DNA of 64,000 nucleotides from an uncultured Nitrospiraceae bacterium (GTDB taxonomy: Bacteria; Nitrospirota; Thermodesulfovibrionia; Thermodesulfovibrionales; UBA6898), in NCBI GenBank assembly GCA_963811165.1, contig CAWEQH010000010.1, positions 832,001 through 896,000 of the forward strand, written 5' to 3'. This document shows, in pieces, positions 20,942 to 31,887 of the stretch (position 1 is the first letter of the stretch; each line of letters starts with the position of its first letter). The notes under the pieces were generated by a model. It did no database searches. It saw only the letters and a program-made list of their open reading frames with translations, and was not told the DNA's origin. The translations under genes were made by a program, and so were the position numbers.

Positions 20942-21486
20942 AGTAGACTTTTTGCTGAACATAGCTGTTATCGGTAACCTATTCAGCCTCTTTCAGGATC
21001 ACAATCCTCAGTAATTCCATTAAAACTCTGCACAATTGCGCCGCGCTCTGAAGATGTTTTGTACCCCCATATGCAGGCGCCCACCATGGTGATAACTTAT
21101 ACGATCTTGAATCTTTTGAACAGTGCAGATATCAAAACGATGATGTAGGTCTCAAGGAAGGTTGGATTTGTTGAGACTATTTCCCTTATCCTATGCAATG
21201 TCAAACGACGAGCCTTCTGTCATTCAATTAAATGGCTTTTCTGTGTAACCAGAGGGATTTGGACGCTGTCTAAATATATTTATTTACGGTTGTAATCTCC
21301 AGTCTCATAGTGCCTCTGACTGGTGTCAATTACAGGAAGCATTGTTGCGTTGAAAGTTCGCAATTTCCAGATGAGATATTCTTCGCAGCCAGTATGAACA
21401 TTTTGTTTAACTTACCGACAAACATTGAAGGCAGCAACAACTAAATTGCAAAAGCTTGGTATCTATAGACTCCTGAATTGAGTCCT

Positions 21487-21918
21487 TTAGCTAACTGAGG
21501 GGTTATAAATAACTTCCCAAAGATGACCGTCAGGATCTTTGAAGTAGCCTGAATAAATACCCCATGGCCGCTCATGTGCAGCGTCCGTTATTTCTGCGCC
21601 AGCTTTTTTTGCTTGTTTTAATATGTCGTCGACCTTTTTTTTTGACTCAGCTATATATCCGAGACTAAATTCTGTGCTGCTTTGGGGTCCAACGTGCTCA
21701 TTAGCGTCTTTAGCCAATTCAGTGCGAGGATAGAGGGCCAAGATAAGATTTCCTGAAAGTTCAAACATAACGACAGCGCCCGCCGGCTGATCTTTGCCGC
21801 CTTTAAACTCAGTTCCAACGATGCCATTCGTGGGCAAACCCAACCCATCTCGATAAAACCTCAATGAACGCTTTAAATCTTTGACGGCAATGGTAATAAC
21901 ATTAACTTGCGGTTTCAC
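21487..21918 (-). CDS. VOC/glyoxalase family protein
   Basis: VITIAVKDLKRSLRFY and WGIYSGYFKDPDGHLWEV. Confidence 0.9.
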   Translation of the reverse strand: MKPQVNVITIAVKDLKRSLRFYRDGLGLPTNGIVGTEFKGGKDQPAGAVVMFELSGNLILALYPRTELAKDANEHVGPQSSTEFSLGYIAESKKKVDDILKQAKKAGAEITDAAHERPWGIYSGYFKDPDGHLWEVIYNPSVS

Positions 21919-22215
21919 ACCTCCACTATAACAAAACTCCACGGCACTTTCAAACTTCATAGCGAATCCCATCTATTTTTGCTTGAAACGATCTTCAGTT
22001 GACGAGTGTACGAGACGCAAGGTTCCAGGAAGTACCTGCAATTCTCTTAACATATCACAAAACTGGGCAGTAGGGCGGGAATTACCTCTGCTGGCGCTGA
22101 CCGACTGGGAGAAGCCTGTCTTTTACTTGCTGATAATGTATCGGAAATCCGGGATAGCGTCCTCCATTGCGCATGTGATACAGTGTTAAGAAGAACTGAA
22201 AACAAAGGAGGCCAC

Positions 22216-23226
22216 GTGAAAGCATATGAAGTCAGAGAAGCATTCGGCATCGACCACCTCGTTCTTTCGGAGCGTGAGCAGCCTACGCCCGGGCAAGGGC
22301 AGGCGGTAGTAAAGGTCAGGGCGGTCTCTTTGAATTACCGCGACCTTTTGGTAATAAAGGGTCTTTACAACCCGAAAATCCCCCTCCCCTTCGTCCCCTT
22401 TTCGGATGGGGCCGGTGAAGTTGTCGCCGTTGGAGAAGGGGTTTCGGGCGTAAAGGTGGGCGACCGCGTGGCTGGAATATTCACTCAGGACTGGCATGCC
22501 GGCGGCCTTACCGAGGCGATGACGAAGTCGGCCCTCGGCGGAGGAAAGCAGGGCATGCTTGCCGAGTATGTCGCGTTAGATGAAGACGGTCTTGTAAAGA
22601 TCCCACAGCATCTCTCTTATGAGGAGGCCGCAACGCTTCCCTGCGCGGCGGTGACAGCCTGGCATGCGCTCATCGAAACGGGACTGAAGCCGGGGCAACG
22701 AGTGCTCCTCCTTGGTACCGGCGGCGTATCTATTTTTTCGCTGCAGTTTGCAAAGATGGCCGGGGCCGAGGTTTTCATCACTTCAGGCAGCGATGAAAAA
22801 CTTGCGAAGGCCGCGCAACTCGGAGCGGCCCATGGCATCAACTATAAAACAGTTCCGGAGTGGGCCGGCAAAGTCCGTGAACTTGCAGGGGGAACAGGGG
22901 TAGACCTCGTGGTGGAAGTCGGGGGCGCAGGGACACTGCCGCAATCCCTCAAAGCGGTCCGCACCGGCGGACGGATCAGCCTGATAGGGATATTGACAGG
23001 CACGGCGGCAGAGATAAACCCACTGCCGGTCGTGATGAAAAATGTGTGCGTTCAGGGGATCTTAGTCGGATCACGTGAGATGTTTGAGTCCATGAACAAG
23101 GCCATCACCCTGCACCGGCTCAGGCCGGTAATCGACCGAGTATTTCCATTCGAGCACGCACGGGATGCGCTAAGGCATATGGAAAGCGGAGCCCATTTCG
23201 GCAAGATCTGCATATCAGTTACCTGA
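22216..23226 (+). CDS. NAD(P)-dependent alcohol dehydrogenase / MDR oxidoreductase
   Basis: SLNYRD, SDGAGEV, LPCAAVTAW, GTGGVS and HFGKI. Confidence 0.92.
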   Translation: MKAYEVREAFGIDHLVLSEREQPTPGQGQAVVKVRAVSLNYRDLLVIKGLYNPKIPLPFVPFSDGAGEVVAVGEGVSGVKVGDRVAGIFTQDWHAGGLTEAMTKSALGGGKQGMLAEYVALDEDGLVKIPQHLSYEEAATLPCAAVTAWHALIETGLKPGQRVLLLGTGGVSIFSLQFAKMAGAEVFITSGSDEKLAKAAQLGAAHGINYKTVPEWAGKVRELAGGTGVDLVVEVGGAGTLPQSLKAVRTGGRISLIGILTGTAAEINPLPVVMKNVCVQGILVGSREMFESMNKAITLHRLRPVIDRVFPFEHARDALRHMESGAHFGKICISVT

Positions 23227-23319
23227 GACTCCAGGTTGCCGGATTCTTCAGCGTCTGCGGTCCCTCGCTGCTCAGGTCCGGAATATATTTAAAGACCCGC
23301 GATCTGTTATAATTTCCTG

Positions 23320-24087
23320 ATGTTTGAAGCGCTTATACTCGGTATCGTCCAGGGACTGACGGAATTTATTCCCGTCAGCAGCACCGCACACCTGATCCTT
23401 TTTCCATGGTTCTTCCACTGGGGCGGGGAGATCGACTCCCTCACCTTCGACCTTGCCCTTCATGCCGGAACACTCCTGGCGCTGCTCGCCTGTTTCTGGA
23501 AAGACTGGCTCGATATCATCCTGAAAAAACAGAGACTTCTGCTTCTGATACTCATCGCATCCGTACCGGCCGGTGTTGTCGGGCTGCTCCTGGAGCATAT
23601 TGTCGAAAGCCGTTTTAGAACCCCCTCTGTCATAAGCGCATCCCTGGTCGTCGTCGGTATCTTCATGCTAGTGTCCGAGAGGGCCCTTAAACAAAGAAAG
23701 GTCGACGATATCAATCTAACCGACGCTATAGTGATAGGCGTTTCACAGGCTGTCGCACTTATCCCGGGGGTCTCCCGCTCGGGCATAACCATATCGACGG
23801 GCCTCTTCAGGGGTATAGAGAGAGAGTCTGCCGCGAAGTTCTCTTTTTTCCTCTCTACTCCGGTGATCGCAGGGGCCGTTTTGCTTCATGCAAGGAAGAT
23901 GATGGCTGGGGGAGAAACCCACAATATCCCGCTCTTTATTGTGGGCTTTACCGCGTCGGCGATCACAGGGTTTGTTTCGATCAAGTTCCTCATGAACTAT
24001 CTGAAAAAACATCCCGTTAACCTATTCGCCTATTACAGGTTTGTATTGGCTGCTGTTATAATATTTGGGCTATGGCTGAAAGGGTAA
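23320..24087 (+). CDS. uppP: Undecaprenyl-diphosphate phosphatase
   Basis: GIVQGLTEFIPVSSTAH and PGVSRSG. Confidence 0.96.
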   Translation: MFEALILGIVQGLTEFIPVSSTAHLILFPWFFHWGGEIDSLTFDLALHAGTLLALLACFWKDWLDIILKKQRLLLLILIASVPAGVVGLLLEHIVESRFRTPSVISASLVVVGIFMLVSERALKQRKVDDINLTDAIVIGVSQAVALIPGVSRSGITISTGLFRGIERESAAKFSFFLSTPVIAGAVLLHARKMMAGGETHNIPLFIVGFTASAITGFVSIKFLMNYLKKHPVNLFAYYRFVLAAVIIFGLWLKG

Positions 24088-26207
24088 AAAGGGCGAAGCA
24101 GGAAGTTCTGGGCGTTGTCTCGGCCCTGGGCAGCATCTATCTCGGCCTGAGCGTCTACACCTATTCCAAATGGGACCCCTCTTTTTTCACCTACTCAAAT
24201 GCTCCTGCCAGGAACTATGGCGGCATCGCCGGGGCCTACATCTCAGACACCCTTATGACCATTGCAGGGTATTCCGTCTTTACGATACCCGTTTTCCTTC
24301 TCGCCTATGGGATACGGAGACTTATGGGAAAAGAGCGACGGAGGGTCTACCTCTTCGGAGGCCTTCTCTTTATTTTTTCGTCGTCCCTTCTTATATCACT
24401 CTTTTGTGCGACCTTTAACCTCAAAACCGAATCCAATCCGGGGGGGCTTTTAGGCTCCTCTCTCTCGCGGTTCCTCGAGAGGTACCTCTCTCTCCCCGGC
24501 GCATATATATTCTCGCTGTCGGGATTTCTTTCGTCTCTCATACTCCTGTCTCCTGTGTCGATGGCTTCGCTTTCATCTTCTTTTAAGAAAAAAGAGGGAA
24601 GACCCCAAGCGGCGCAGATTCAGCCGGGGGAGGTCAGAGACGACATCCTTATACGCGAACCTCAGAGGATTGATGTCGCACCCGTGCCCCCCGTACCCAT
24701 GGAGGAAATCCCGGTCACCTCAGAGCCTATGCCGGAACTTATGCTCGAGCCTCCTGCAGTATCAAAGACGGAGCAGTTGCCTTCCCCAAAGGCGGCGCGT
24801 CACATGACCTCTCAGACCGGATACACGCTCCCTTCCCTTGAGCTCCTGAGCGTCTATGACACTTCCTTGCTGCGGCCGTCAAAGGATGAGCTCTTTGCCA
24901 ATTCCTCGCTCCTTGAGAGCAAGCTGGTGGATTTCGATGTCCAGGGCAAAATAACCCGCGTCCATCCCGGTCCCGTGGTCACCCTGTATGAATTCGAGCC
25001 TGCGCCAGGCGTCAAGATCAACAGGGTCGTAACGCTTGCCGACGATCTTACGCTCGCCCTCCGTGCGCAAAGCACCAGGGTCTCTCCGATCCCCGGCAAG
25101 GCCACGATAGGAATAGAGGTGCCGAACAAACAAAGAGAAGTGGTCTCCTTAAGAGAGATCATCTCGTCGGAGGGTTTCAGTAACAGCCCATCGAAGCTCA
25201 CCCTTGCTCTTGGAAAAGACATCTTCGGCACGCCCGTGGTGGCGGACCTCGCAAAGATGCCCCACCTGCTCGTGGCCGGGGCGACAGGCGCGGGCAAAAG
25301 CGTCTCGATAAATTCGATGGTAATGAGCATCCTCTACAAGGCATCTCCCGCGGAGGTCAAACTCATGATGATCGACCCCAAGCTCCTTGAGCTCTCGATG
25401 TATGAAGACATTCCGCATCTCATATCGCCGGTCATCACCAACCCCAAGAAAGCAGCCGAGGCCCTCAAAAAGATGGTCTTTGAGATGGAGCGCAGATACA
25501 GGCTCCTTGCGGAGAAGGGATCGAGGAACATTGAAAGTTTCAACCAGCAGTCTTCGGAGGAGGAAAAAATCCCCTACATCATCATATTCATCGATGAACT
25601 GGCCGACCTTATGTTCGCCTCGTCAAATGAGGTCGAGGATTCGATCACAAGGCTCGCCCAGATGGCCAGGGCAGCGGGCATTCACCTGATCATCGCCACA
25701 CAGCGTCCGTCCGTGGACGTGATTACGGGGCTGATCAAGGCCAACTTCCCGGCCAGGATCTCTTTCCAGGTCTTTTCGAAGATCGATTCGAGGACGATAC
25801 TCGATTCGCAGGGGGCGGAGCAGCTCCTGGGCAAAGGAGACATGCTGCTGATGCTCCCGGGGTCGAGGATAATCCGCGTCCACGGCGCCCTGATCAAAGA
25901 GGATGAAATAACCGCGGTCACTGCCTTTATCAAGTCCCAGGGCAGGCCCGACTATTCGATATTCGAAGACATTCCCGCGGAGGCGCCGCCCGCGGAGGAA
26001 ACCTCGCAAGAGAGGGACGAGATGTATTATAAGGCGGTAGAATTCGCCGAATCAGTCGGTGAGGTCTCGATTTCGTCGCTCCAGAGACGCTTCAAGATAG
26101 GGTACAACAGGGCCGCGCGCATAATGGAGATCATGGAAGATGACCGGCTCGTCGGACCGCCTAAAGGCGCCGGCAAGCCAAGGGACTTTATAGGGAGGCA
26201 TAATTGA
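24072..26207 (+). CDS. ftsK: DNA translocase FtsK
   Basis: N-terminal TM helices, GPVVTLYE, MPHLLVAGATGAGKS, ATQRPSVDVITG and gamma domain IGYNRAARI. Confidence 0.97.
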   Translation: MAERVKRAKQEVLGVVSALGSIYLGLSVYTYSKWDPSFFTYSNAPARNYGGIAGAYISDTLMTIAGYSVFTIPVFLLAYGIRRLMGKERRRVYLFGGLLFIFSSSLLISLFCATFNLKTESNPGGLLGSSLSRFLERYLSLPGAYIFSLSGFLSSLILLSPVSMASLSSSFKKKEGRPQAAQIQPGEVRDDILIREPQRIDVAPVPPVPMEEIPVTSEPMPELMLEPPAVSKTEQLPSPKAARHMTSQTGYTLPSLELLSVYDTSLLRPSKDELFANSSLLESKLVDFDVQGKITRVHPGPVVTLYEFEPAPGVKINRVVTLADDLTLALRAQSTRVSPIPGKATIGIEVPNKQREVVSLREIISSEGFSNSPSKLTLALGKDIFGTPVVADLAKMPHLLVAGATGAGKSVSINSMVMSILYKASPAEVKLMMIDPKLLELSMYEDIPHLISPVITNPKKAAEALKKMVFEMERRYRLLAEKGSRNIESFNQQSSEEEKIPYIIIFIDELADLMFASSNEVEDSITRLAQMARAAGIHLIIATQRPSVDVITGLIKANFPARISFQVFSKIDSRTILDSQGAEQLLGKGDMLLMLPGSRIIRVHGALIKEDEITAVTAFIKSQGRPDYSIFEDIPAEAPPAEETSQERDEMYYKAVEFAESVGEVSISSLQRRFKIGYNRAARIMEIMEDDRLVGPPKGAGKPRDFIGRHN

Positions 26208-26851
26208 GAAAAGATCGTTCGATCGGATTTCTTGCGATAGGTGCTCTTGCGCTATTTCTTTACGCACTTATGCCGGCAGTTTCATGGGCCTTGGATGCCG
26301 ACGAACAGATCGCAAAGATCCAGAAGGCCTACGAGGCCATCAAAGACGTGAAGGGCTCTTTTATCCAGAAGAGTACTATCAGGGACCTCGATAAGACAGA
26401 GACATACAAGGGAACTTTTTTCATTAAGCCGCCGCTTAAGATGAAGTGGGAGTATAAAGGAAAGACCGCACAGGACCTGACGATCAACAACGACACTGTC
26501 TTGATATACAAAAGAGGCGGCAACCAGGCCTATAAGAGCAGGTTTGACAGGCAGACATACGGGCAGACGCCGGTAGCTCTCCTGGGCGGCTTCGGTAATA
26601 TCAAAGAGGAGTTCACCGCTTCGGGCAAAGGGGATTCGATCATCCTCAAACCCAGGAGGCCTATAGGCAATGTCACTTCGATCAGCGTCAGGACGACAGA
26701 AGAAGGGTTCCCGATCCGCTCCTTCACTATTCACGACTCTTATTCGAACGTAATCGAGATCATGCTGAGCGACGTGAAGATCAACACGGGACTCAAGGAC
26801 TCGCTTTTCGACCTGTCGCTGCCTAAGGGGGTGAATGTATTTGAGCAATGA
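26204..26851 (+). CDS. lolA: Outer-membrane lipoprotein carrier LolA
   Basis: Signal peptide, F.Q / G.FFIKPP.KMKWEY, C-terminal F..P.GV; follows ftsK. Confidence 0.85.
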   Translation: MRKDRSIGFLAIGALALFLYALMPAVSWALDADEQIAKIQKAYEAIKDVKGSFIQKSTIRDLDKTETYKGTFFIKPPLKMKWEYKGKTAQDLTINNDTVLIYKRGGNQAYKSRFDRQTYGQTPVALLGGFGNIKEEFTASGKGDSIILKPRRPIGNVTSISVRTTEEGFPIRSFTIHDSYSNVIEIMLSDVKINTGLKDSLFDLSLPKGVNVFEQ

Positions 26852-26883
26852 CGTGATGTGCTGTTTCCGGGAAGGAAGGTAGC

Positions 26884-28539
26884 ATGCCCTTACACGGTAT
26901 TTTGCCAAAAGACTATCTCAACAGGGAGGAAGAGCTGGCCTATCTGAGACGCCTCGCCGGTTTGAGGAAAGACACGCTCGCGGCCAACGTCCTGCTCGTG
27001 GGACCACGCGGCGTAGGGAAGACCGAACTCCTCAAACAGATTTATCAGTCTCTCTTTTGGGAGGTGCAGGACGTCGTGCCGTTCTATTATTCTTTTAAGA
27101 CCGCGGCACTGAAAAGCACAACCTTTGCAAGGGATTATTTCACGCGGTTCGTTAAACAATACATCGCCTTTGTAAAAAAGGAACCCTTATATGTAGACAA
27201 CGTGAGCATGCCCATTCACCGGCTGATGCCGGTTATTTCATCTCTCGGCCTGGACTGGATGATAGACAGCATCGACGATTTCCGGGAAAACACCGATCAG
27301 GGCGATCTTTACGGGCAGATACTCTCCGCCATTTCAGCCCCTGTAAACGCGGCAGTCAGAGGGGGACGTACAATACTTGTGATGCTGGACGATTTCACCG
27401 CCTCGGAGGACCTCCATGAGGCAAAACGCGGCGATGCCCCCGGCCTGACCAGCCTGTTCGAAGAATCTATGAAGAACAGCCTTTGCCCTCATATAATCAC
27501 CGGCTCCCCTGCGGCCAAACTGGAGGCCATCTTTTCCGATCCCTCGCTTTATAAAGGGACGGAGAGGATGCGCCTTTCCCCGCTTCCGGAGGACACTGCG
27601 TATGTCCTCTTCGCCTCTCTCCTTCAGAAGATGAAGATCACCTGCGACCGGGAGGCGGCGCTCGGACTTATCCGGAAGGTGAGGGGGAACCCGCTCTATA
27701 TAAGAAACATGGCCAAGGCGGCGTGGAAGATGAAGAAAAACAACCTCGATGAGAGGGACCTTATCGAATGTTACGGCTTTGAGATCATGGATGGGGAGAC
27801 CGCCTTTTACTGGTCTTCTGTCTTTGGTGAAAACATACGCGACAAGGGCCTGAGAAGGACCGTCCTTGGGCTCCTCATGCACCGGCTCTCTAAGGGAGAA
27901 GCAGGTGACTATGAAAGGCTTTCAAAGGTCCTCGGTGTGCGTGAGACCGAACTCGGCGCGGCGCTTGATGTCCTTGAATTCAACGACTTCGGCCGAAGCG
28001 GCGATCCCGTGTTGGAGGATTTCGTTTTGTCCCTCTACATGAAAGAGATCGAGGGCAGGACTTCCGGGGAAATACGGGGGCGCATCGAGGCTCAATACGG
28101 CACGCCGCGCGACTCATCCGTCTTTGAGATGGTCATCCCCATGAGCGAGCAGGCGGAGCTCGTCGCTGCGCGGGCCGTCGACCAGATAGGGAAGAATATA
28201 AACCTCGAACCGGAGGTGATGAATTACCTCCAGCTGGCACTTGTGGAGTGCTGCATAAACGCCATGGAGCATAGCGGAAGTTATGAGAAGAAGATCTATC
28301 TAAAGTTCCTCACCTCGCCGCAAAAGTTGGAGGTCATGATAGAAAGCCCCGGAAGGTATTTCTCGCTTGATTCCCTCAAGGAAAGCCCTACCGAAAAGAA
28401 GATGGAAGCGGGGCAGAAAAGGGGCTGGGGATTTACGCTTATGCGGAAGATCATGGATGAGGTGAGGGTCGAAAGGGTCCATGACAGGACGAGGGTGACG
28501 CTCGTAAAAAACATAAAGAAAAGCGAGGTGCGTAAGTGA
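26884..28539 (+). CDS. P-loop ATPase fused to C-terminal RsbW-like anti-sigma/kinase (HATPase) domain
   Basis: NREEEL, Walker A GPRGVGKT, Walker B ILVMLDDF; C-terminal LALVECCINAMEH and RGWGFTLMRKIMDEV. Confidence 0.8.
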   Translation: MPLHGILPKDYLNREEELAYLRRLAGLRKDTLAANVLLVGPRGVGKTELLKQIYQSLFWEVQDVVPFYYSFKTAALKSTTFARDYFTRFVKQYIAFVKKEPLYVDNVSMPIHRLMPVISSLGLDWMIDSIDDFRENTDQGDLYGQILSAISAPVNAAVRGGRTILVMLDDFTASEDLHEAKRGDAPGLTSLFEESMKNSLCPHIITGSPAAKLEAIFSDPSLYKGTERMRLSPLPEDTAYVLFASLLQKMKITCDREAALGLIRKVRGNPLYIRNMAKAAWKMKKNNLDERDLIECYGFEIMDGETAFYWSSVFGENIRDKGLRRTVLGLLMHRLSKGEAGDYERLSKVLGVRETELGAALDVLEFNDFGRSGDPVLEDFVLSLYMKEIEGRTSGEIRGRIEAQYGTPRDSSVFEMVIPMSEQAELVAARAVDQIGKNINLEPEVMNYLQLALVECCINAMEHSGSYEKKIYLKFLTSPQKLEVMIESPGRYFSLDSLKESPTEKKMEAGQKRGWGFTLMRKIMDEVRVERVHDRTRVTLVKNIKKSEVRK

Positions 28540-28910
28540 ATCCATCACCATTTCAGGTAAAGTCGCGGCTCGTAAAAGACGTGGCGGTCGTCTATCCTCA
28601 GGGGTATCTCAACAACCTCGCGGGAGAAGGCCTCGTTAACGAGTGCGGTAAGTATGCAAAATCGGGCATAAAGAAGATCGTCGTAAATTTCAGGGAAACG
28701 GACCTTATTAATTCCATAGGTATTTCCCTTCTTCTTCATGTTATGGAAGAGTTGCAGGGCGCCGGAGGAACTCTCTGTTTTACAGACATGAGCAAGACCC
28801 AGCTCGGTATCTTCGAGATGCTCGGCCTCACAAAATACTTTCGCTTTTTCCAGGACGAAAACGGGGCACTGCAGTTTCTGGCGGCCGGGGGAGTAGGAGA
28901 TGGAGCTTAA
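28536..28910 (+). CDS. STAS-domain anti-sigma factor antagonist
   Basis: INSIGISLL phospho-serine motif; FEMLGL. Confidence 0.88.
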   Translation: MNPSPFQVKSRLVKDVAVVYPQGYLNNLAGEGLVNECGKYAKSGIKKIVVNFRETDLINSIGISLLLHVMEELQGAGGTLCFTDMSKTQLGIFEMLGLTKYFRFFQDENGALQFLAAGGVGDGA

Positions 28911-30135
28911 AAAGGCGCTCTTCAACATTTCCGCGCTTGCCGACCTCGGGGAAGAGATCACCTCTGAAAAGGATTTTCAAGAGAAGCTGCAGTCACTGCT
29001 CTACGTGGTAATGGGGACCTTTCTCGCCAGTAAAGGCGCGATCACTTGCCAGGAAAAGTCCGCGGATAAGATTGTGTTCGTCTCCAGGAAAGGGTTCGAG
29101 AACCTCTCCCTGGATGCCATAGATCTGGGGTTCCTCCGGGCGGCCGGGAAAAACGAACCATACCTCATAGAAAATGATCCCGCCCTCACGTCGGCGGGTG
29201 TCGAAATAATCACACCGCTTTGGGTAAGAAACGAATTCATCGGGACGATCATGTTAAGCAGGAAATTCACCTCCGAACCCTACACTCAGGAGGACTTCGA
29301 GATCCTCAAGGTCATCGCCCATCAGATCGCCATCACGCTCAACAACCGGGCGCTCTTTATGAATCTGACGGAGCAGCTCGACGATAACCGGCACCTCTAC
29401 CAGGAGATGCGGAGGATCTATCACGACACCCTCCAGGCCTTCGCCGCAGCAATAGACGCAAAGGATGTCTATACGAGGCATCACTCCCAGAGGGTCGCAA
29501 AATATTCGGTTGCGATCGCGAGGGAACTCGGCTGGAACGAACACGACATCGAAGGTATCTACGTTGCGGGGTTCCTCCACGATGTAGGGAAACTGGTTAT
29601 AAGCAACGAAATCCTGAACAAAAAAACGCCTTTTACGCCGAAAGAAATGGAGGAGATGCGGAAGCATTCGCTCTTGTCCTACAAGATCATATCCCATATA
29701 AAGTTCCCCTGGAAGGACGTGGAAAAGATCGTCAAACACCACCATGAAAGGCCTGACGGCACGGGCTATCCCGATGCCTTGTCGCAGGGAGATCTGAGCG
29801 AAGGGGCGAAGGTCCTTGCACTCGCGGATTCTTTCGATGCGATGACGTCCAAAAGGGCCTATCGCGACAAGATGGACCTCAAGGCGGCACTTGCCGAGCT
29901 GAGCAGGTGCCTCAACCGGCAGTTCGACGACAAGATCATGCTTGCCTTCTGCAAGGTACTGGACAAGGAGATCAGGGGCGAACTTCCCGAACCTAATATT
30001 CTGCCTCACCTGGACAAGGATTCAGACCTCTCCGTAATCCCGGCGCTCCTGGAAGGCATCATACGCGAGCTTTCCGGGGAGAATAAAGGAGGGCTGAAAA
30101 GCCCCATGGCCTCTAAAGATGCGCATCTCGTTTGA
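28900..30135 (+). CDS. GAF + HD-GYP cyclic-dinucleotide phosphodiesterase
   Basis: DAKD.YT..HS.RV, LHDVGK, HHERPDGTGYP and ADSFDAMTS. Confidence 0.92.
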   Translation: MELKKALFNISALADLGEEITSEKDFQEKLQSLLYVVMGTFLASKGAITCQEKSADKIVFVSRKGFENLSLDAIDLGFLRAAGKNEPYLIENDPALTSAGVEIITPLWVRNEFIGTIMLSRKFTSEPYTQEDFEILKVIAHQIAITLNNRALFMNLTEQLDDNRHLYQEMRRIYHDTLQAFAAAIDAKDVYTRHHSQRVAKYSVAIARELGWNEHDIEGIYVAGFLHDVGKLVISNEILNKKTPFTPKEMEEMRKHSLLSYKIISHIKFPWKDVEKIVKHHHERPDGTGYPDALSQGDLSEGAKVLALADSFDAMTSKRAYRDKMDLKAALAELSRCLNRQFDDKIMLAFCKVLDKEIRGELPEPNILPHLDKDSDLSVIPALLEGIIRELSGENKGGLKSPMASKDAHLV

Positions 30136-30166
30136 TTCTCTGAAAAGCGACCCCTTATAATAGTCG

Positions 30167-31186
30167 ATGCTTATTCTTGGTATAGATACCTCCTGTGACG
30201 ATACGTCGGCTTCGGTCGTCCAAGACGGGACAAAGATAGTCTCAAACATCGTATCGAGCCAGTCGGAGATCCATGCGAAATACGGCGGCATAGTGCCAGA
30301 GCTGGCGTCAAGGAGACATATCGAGATGATCCGGCCCGTAGTCGACGAGGCGCTAAGAAAAGCAGGCGCATCTCTTCAGGATATAGCTGCGGTAGCGGTA
30401 TGCCATGGCCCGGGCCTCATAGGCTCACTTCTCATAGGATGCTCCTTCGCCAAGGCGCTCTGCTATTCCAAAAAAATCCCGCTCGTCGCGGTGAACCACC
30501 TCGAGGGGCATATCCTTTCCGCCTTTCTCGAAATGCCCTCTCCGGGGTTTCCTTTTCTCTCTCTCGTCGTCTCCGGTGGACATACGAGCCTTTACCTCGC
30601 CCGGGATTACGGCCGGTACAGTGAGCTCGGACGAACGCGCGACGACGCCGCCGGCGAGGCCTATGACAAGGTCTCAAAGCTGCTTGGCCTCGGCTACCCA
30701 GGCGGTCCTGTCATCGACGGACTTGCCGGCCGGGGCGACCCGCGCGCCATAGACTTTCCGAGGGCCTATCTGCCCGAAACCTTCGATTTCAGTTTCAGCG
30801 GGATGAAGACCTCGGTACTGAATTTCCTTCGATCACAGACCGTGCGGCAGGACAAGGAATGTTATGCCCAGAACACAAGGCTTGTCCATGATATTGCAGC
30901 GTCCTTTCAGGCAGCGGTCGTCGATGTGCTTGTCAGAAAAACAGAATGGGCAGTCAAAAAAAACCAGGTCGACCGCGTCACACTCTCGGGCGGCGTGGCC
31001 GCAAACAGCGAGTTACGGAAAAGGATGAAAGAGATGGGCAAAGAAAAGGGCGTTACGGTCTTTGTTCCTCCTGCGGCATTATGCACCGATAATGCCGCAA
31101 TGATCGCGGCCGCAGGATACCATCACTTTTTGAAAGGTGAAATAGCGGCGCTCGACCTGAATCCCCGGGCATATCTCCCTCTTTAG
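30167..31186 (+). CDS. tsaD: tRNA threonylcarbamoyltransferase TsaD
   Basis: LGIDTSCDDT, GGIVPELASRRH, NHLEGH, DDAAGEAYDK and CTDNAAMI. Confidence 0.97.
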   Translation: MLILGIDTSCDDTSASVVQDGTKIVSNIVSSQSEIHAKYGGIVPELASRRHIEMIRPVVDEALRKAGASLQDIAAVAVCHGPGLIGSLLIGCSFAKALCYSKKIPLVAVNHLEGHILSAFLEMPSPGFPFLSLVVSGGHTSLYLARDYGRYSELGRTRDDAAGEAYDKVSKLLGLGYPGGPVIDGLAGRGDPRAIDFPRAYLPETFDFSFSGMKTSVLNFLRSQTVRQDKECYAQNTRLVHDIAASFQAAVVDVLVRKTEWAVKKNQVDRVTLSGGVAANSELRKRMKEMGKEKGVTVFVPPAALCTDNAAMIAAAGYHHFLKGEIAALDLNPRAYLPL

Positions 31187-31329
31187 TCTCTTGTAAAGTC
31201 GCGTATGCCGCCGGCCTTGAAACGACTGAATTTCCTCTATGAGCCAAGGCAGATCAAGCCGGCAATGTTGGATAACGCAAATCGTTCTTTATACAGATGC
31301 CCTCATTAGGAAGAGTCGGAACAGGCTTA

Positions 31330-31887
31330 TTATGCAGCTTTCAGCCACGCTTTGAGGGTCTCGATTTCCTTTTCCGTAAGGTCCACTTCATCGTGCCTCC
31401 CTCTCTCCATGGCAGCAATAACTTTGTCGAGCTGAGTGCGCCAGCCGTTCATATCTGTAAACCCCTGCATTGCAGCCTCAACACATACCATGGCCCGCTT
31501 TATGTCCCTTGAACCTTCTTCTGTCCTGCCCATGTTCACATAGGAAACCCCACGCGCAAGGACCGCAGCACGATTTCCGGGGTGGATCTCGATGGCCCTG
31601 CCAAAATCAGCCACCGCCCTCACGTAGTCCTCTTTTAGCATATGGGCTGTTCCCCGGTAATGAAACGCACTTGCATTGCCGCCGTCGATTTCAATCGCCT
31701 TGTCGAAATCCTCTATGGCCTTATCCCGTTCGTTTATCTTCAGATAGGCGACTCCCCGGCTCAGACAGACTATTCCGGGCTCATGGCCCGCCTGTAGGGT
31801 CTTCGTAAATTTTTCGATGCTTTCCTCATACCTACCCTTCATAAAAAGACGCTGTCCCCTGTCGAACAATTCATATATGTCCTTCAT
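31330..31887 (-). CDS. Tetratricopeptide repeat protein
   Basis: Repeated RG.A...AI.DF.AI TPR units; GAGGTG RBS. Confidence 0.85.
   Translation of the reverse strand: MKDIYELFDRGQRLFMKGRYEESIEKFTKTLQAGHEPGIVCLSRGVAYLKINERDKAIEDFDKAIEIDGGNASAFHYRGTAHMLKEDYVRAVADFGRAIEIHPGNRAAVLARGVSYVNMGRTEEGSRDIKRAMVCVEAAMQGFTDMNGWRTQLDKVIAAMERGRHDEVDLTEKEIETLKAWLKAA

Noticed and set aside
20945..21480. Possible gene or ncRNA in an AT-rich gap
   Set aside because: Only short stop-interrupted frames; may be a remnant but nothing is identifiable.
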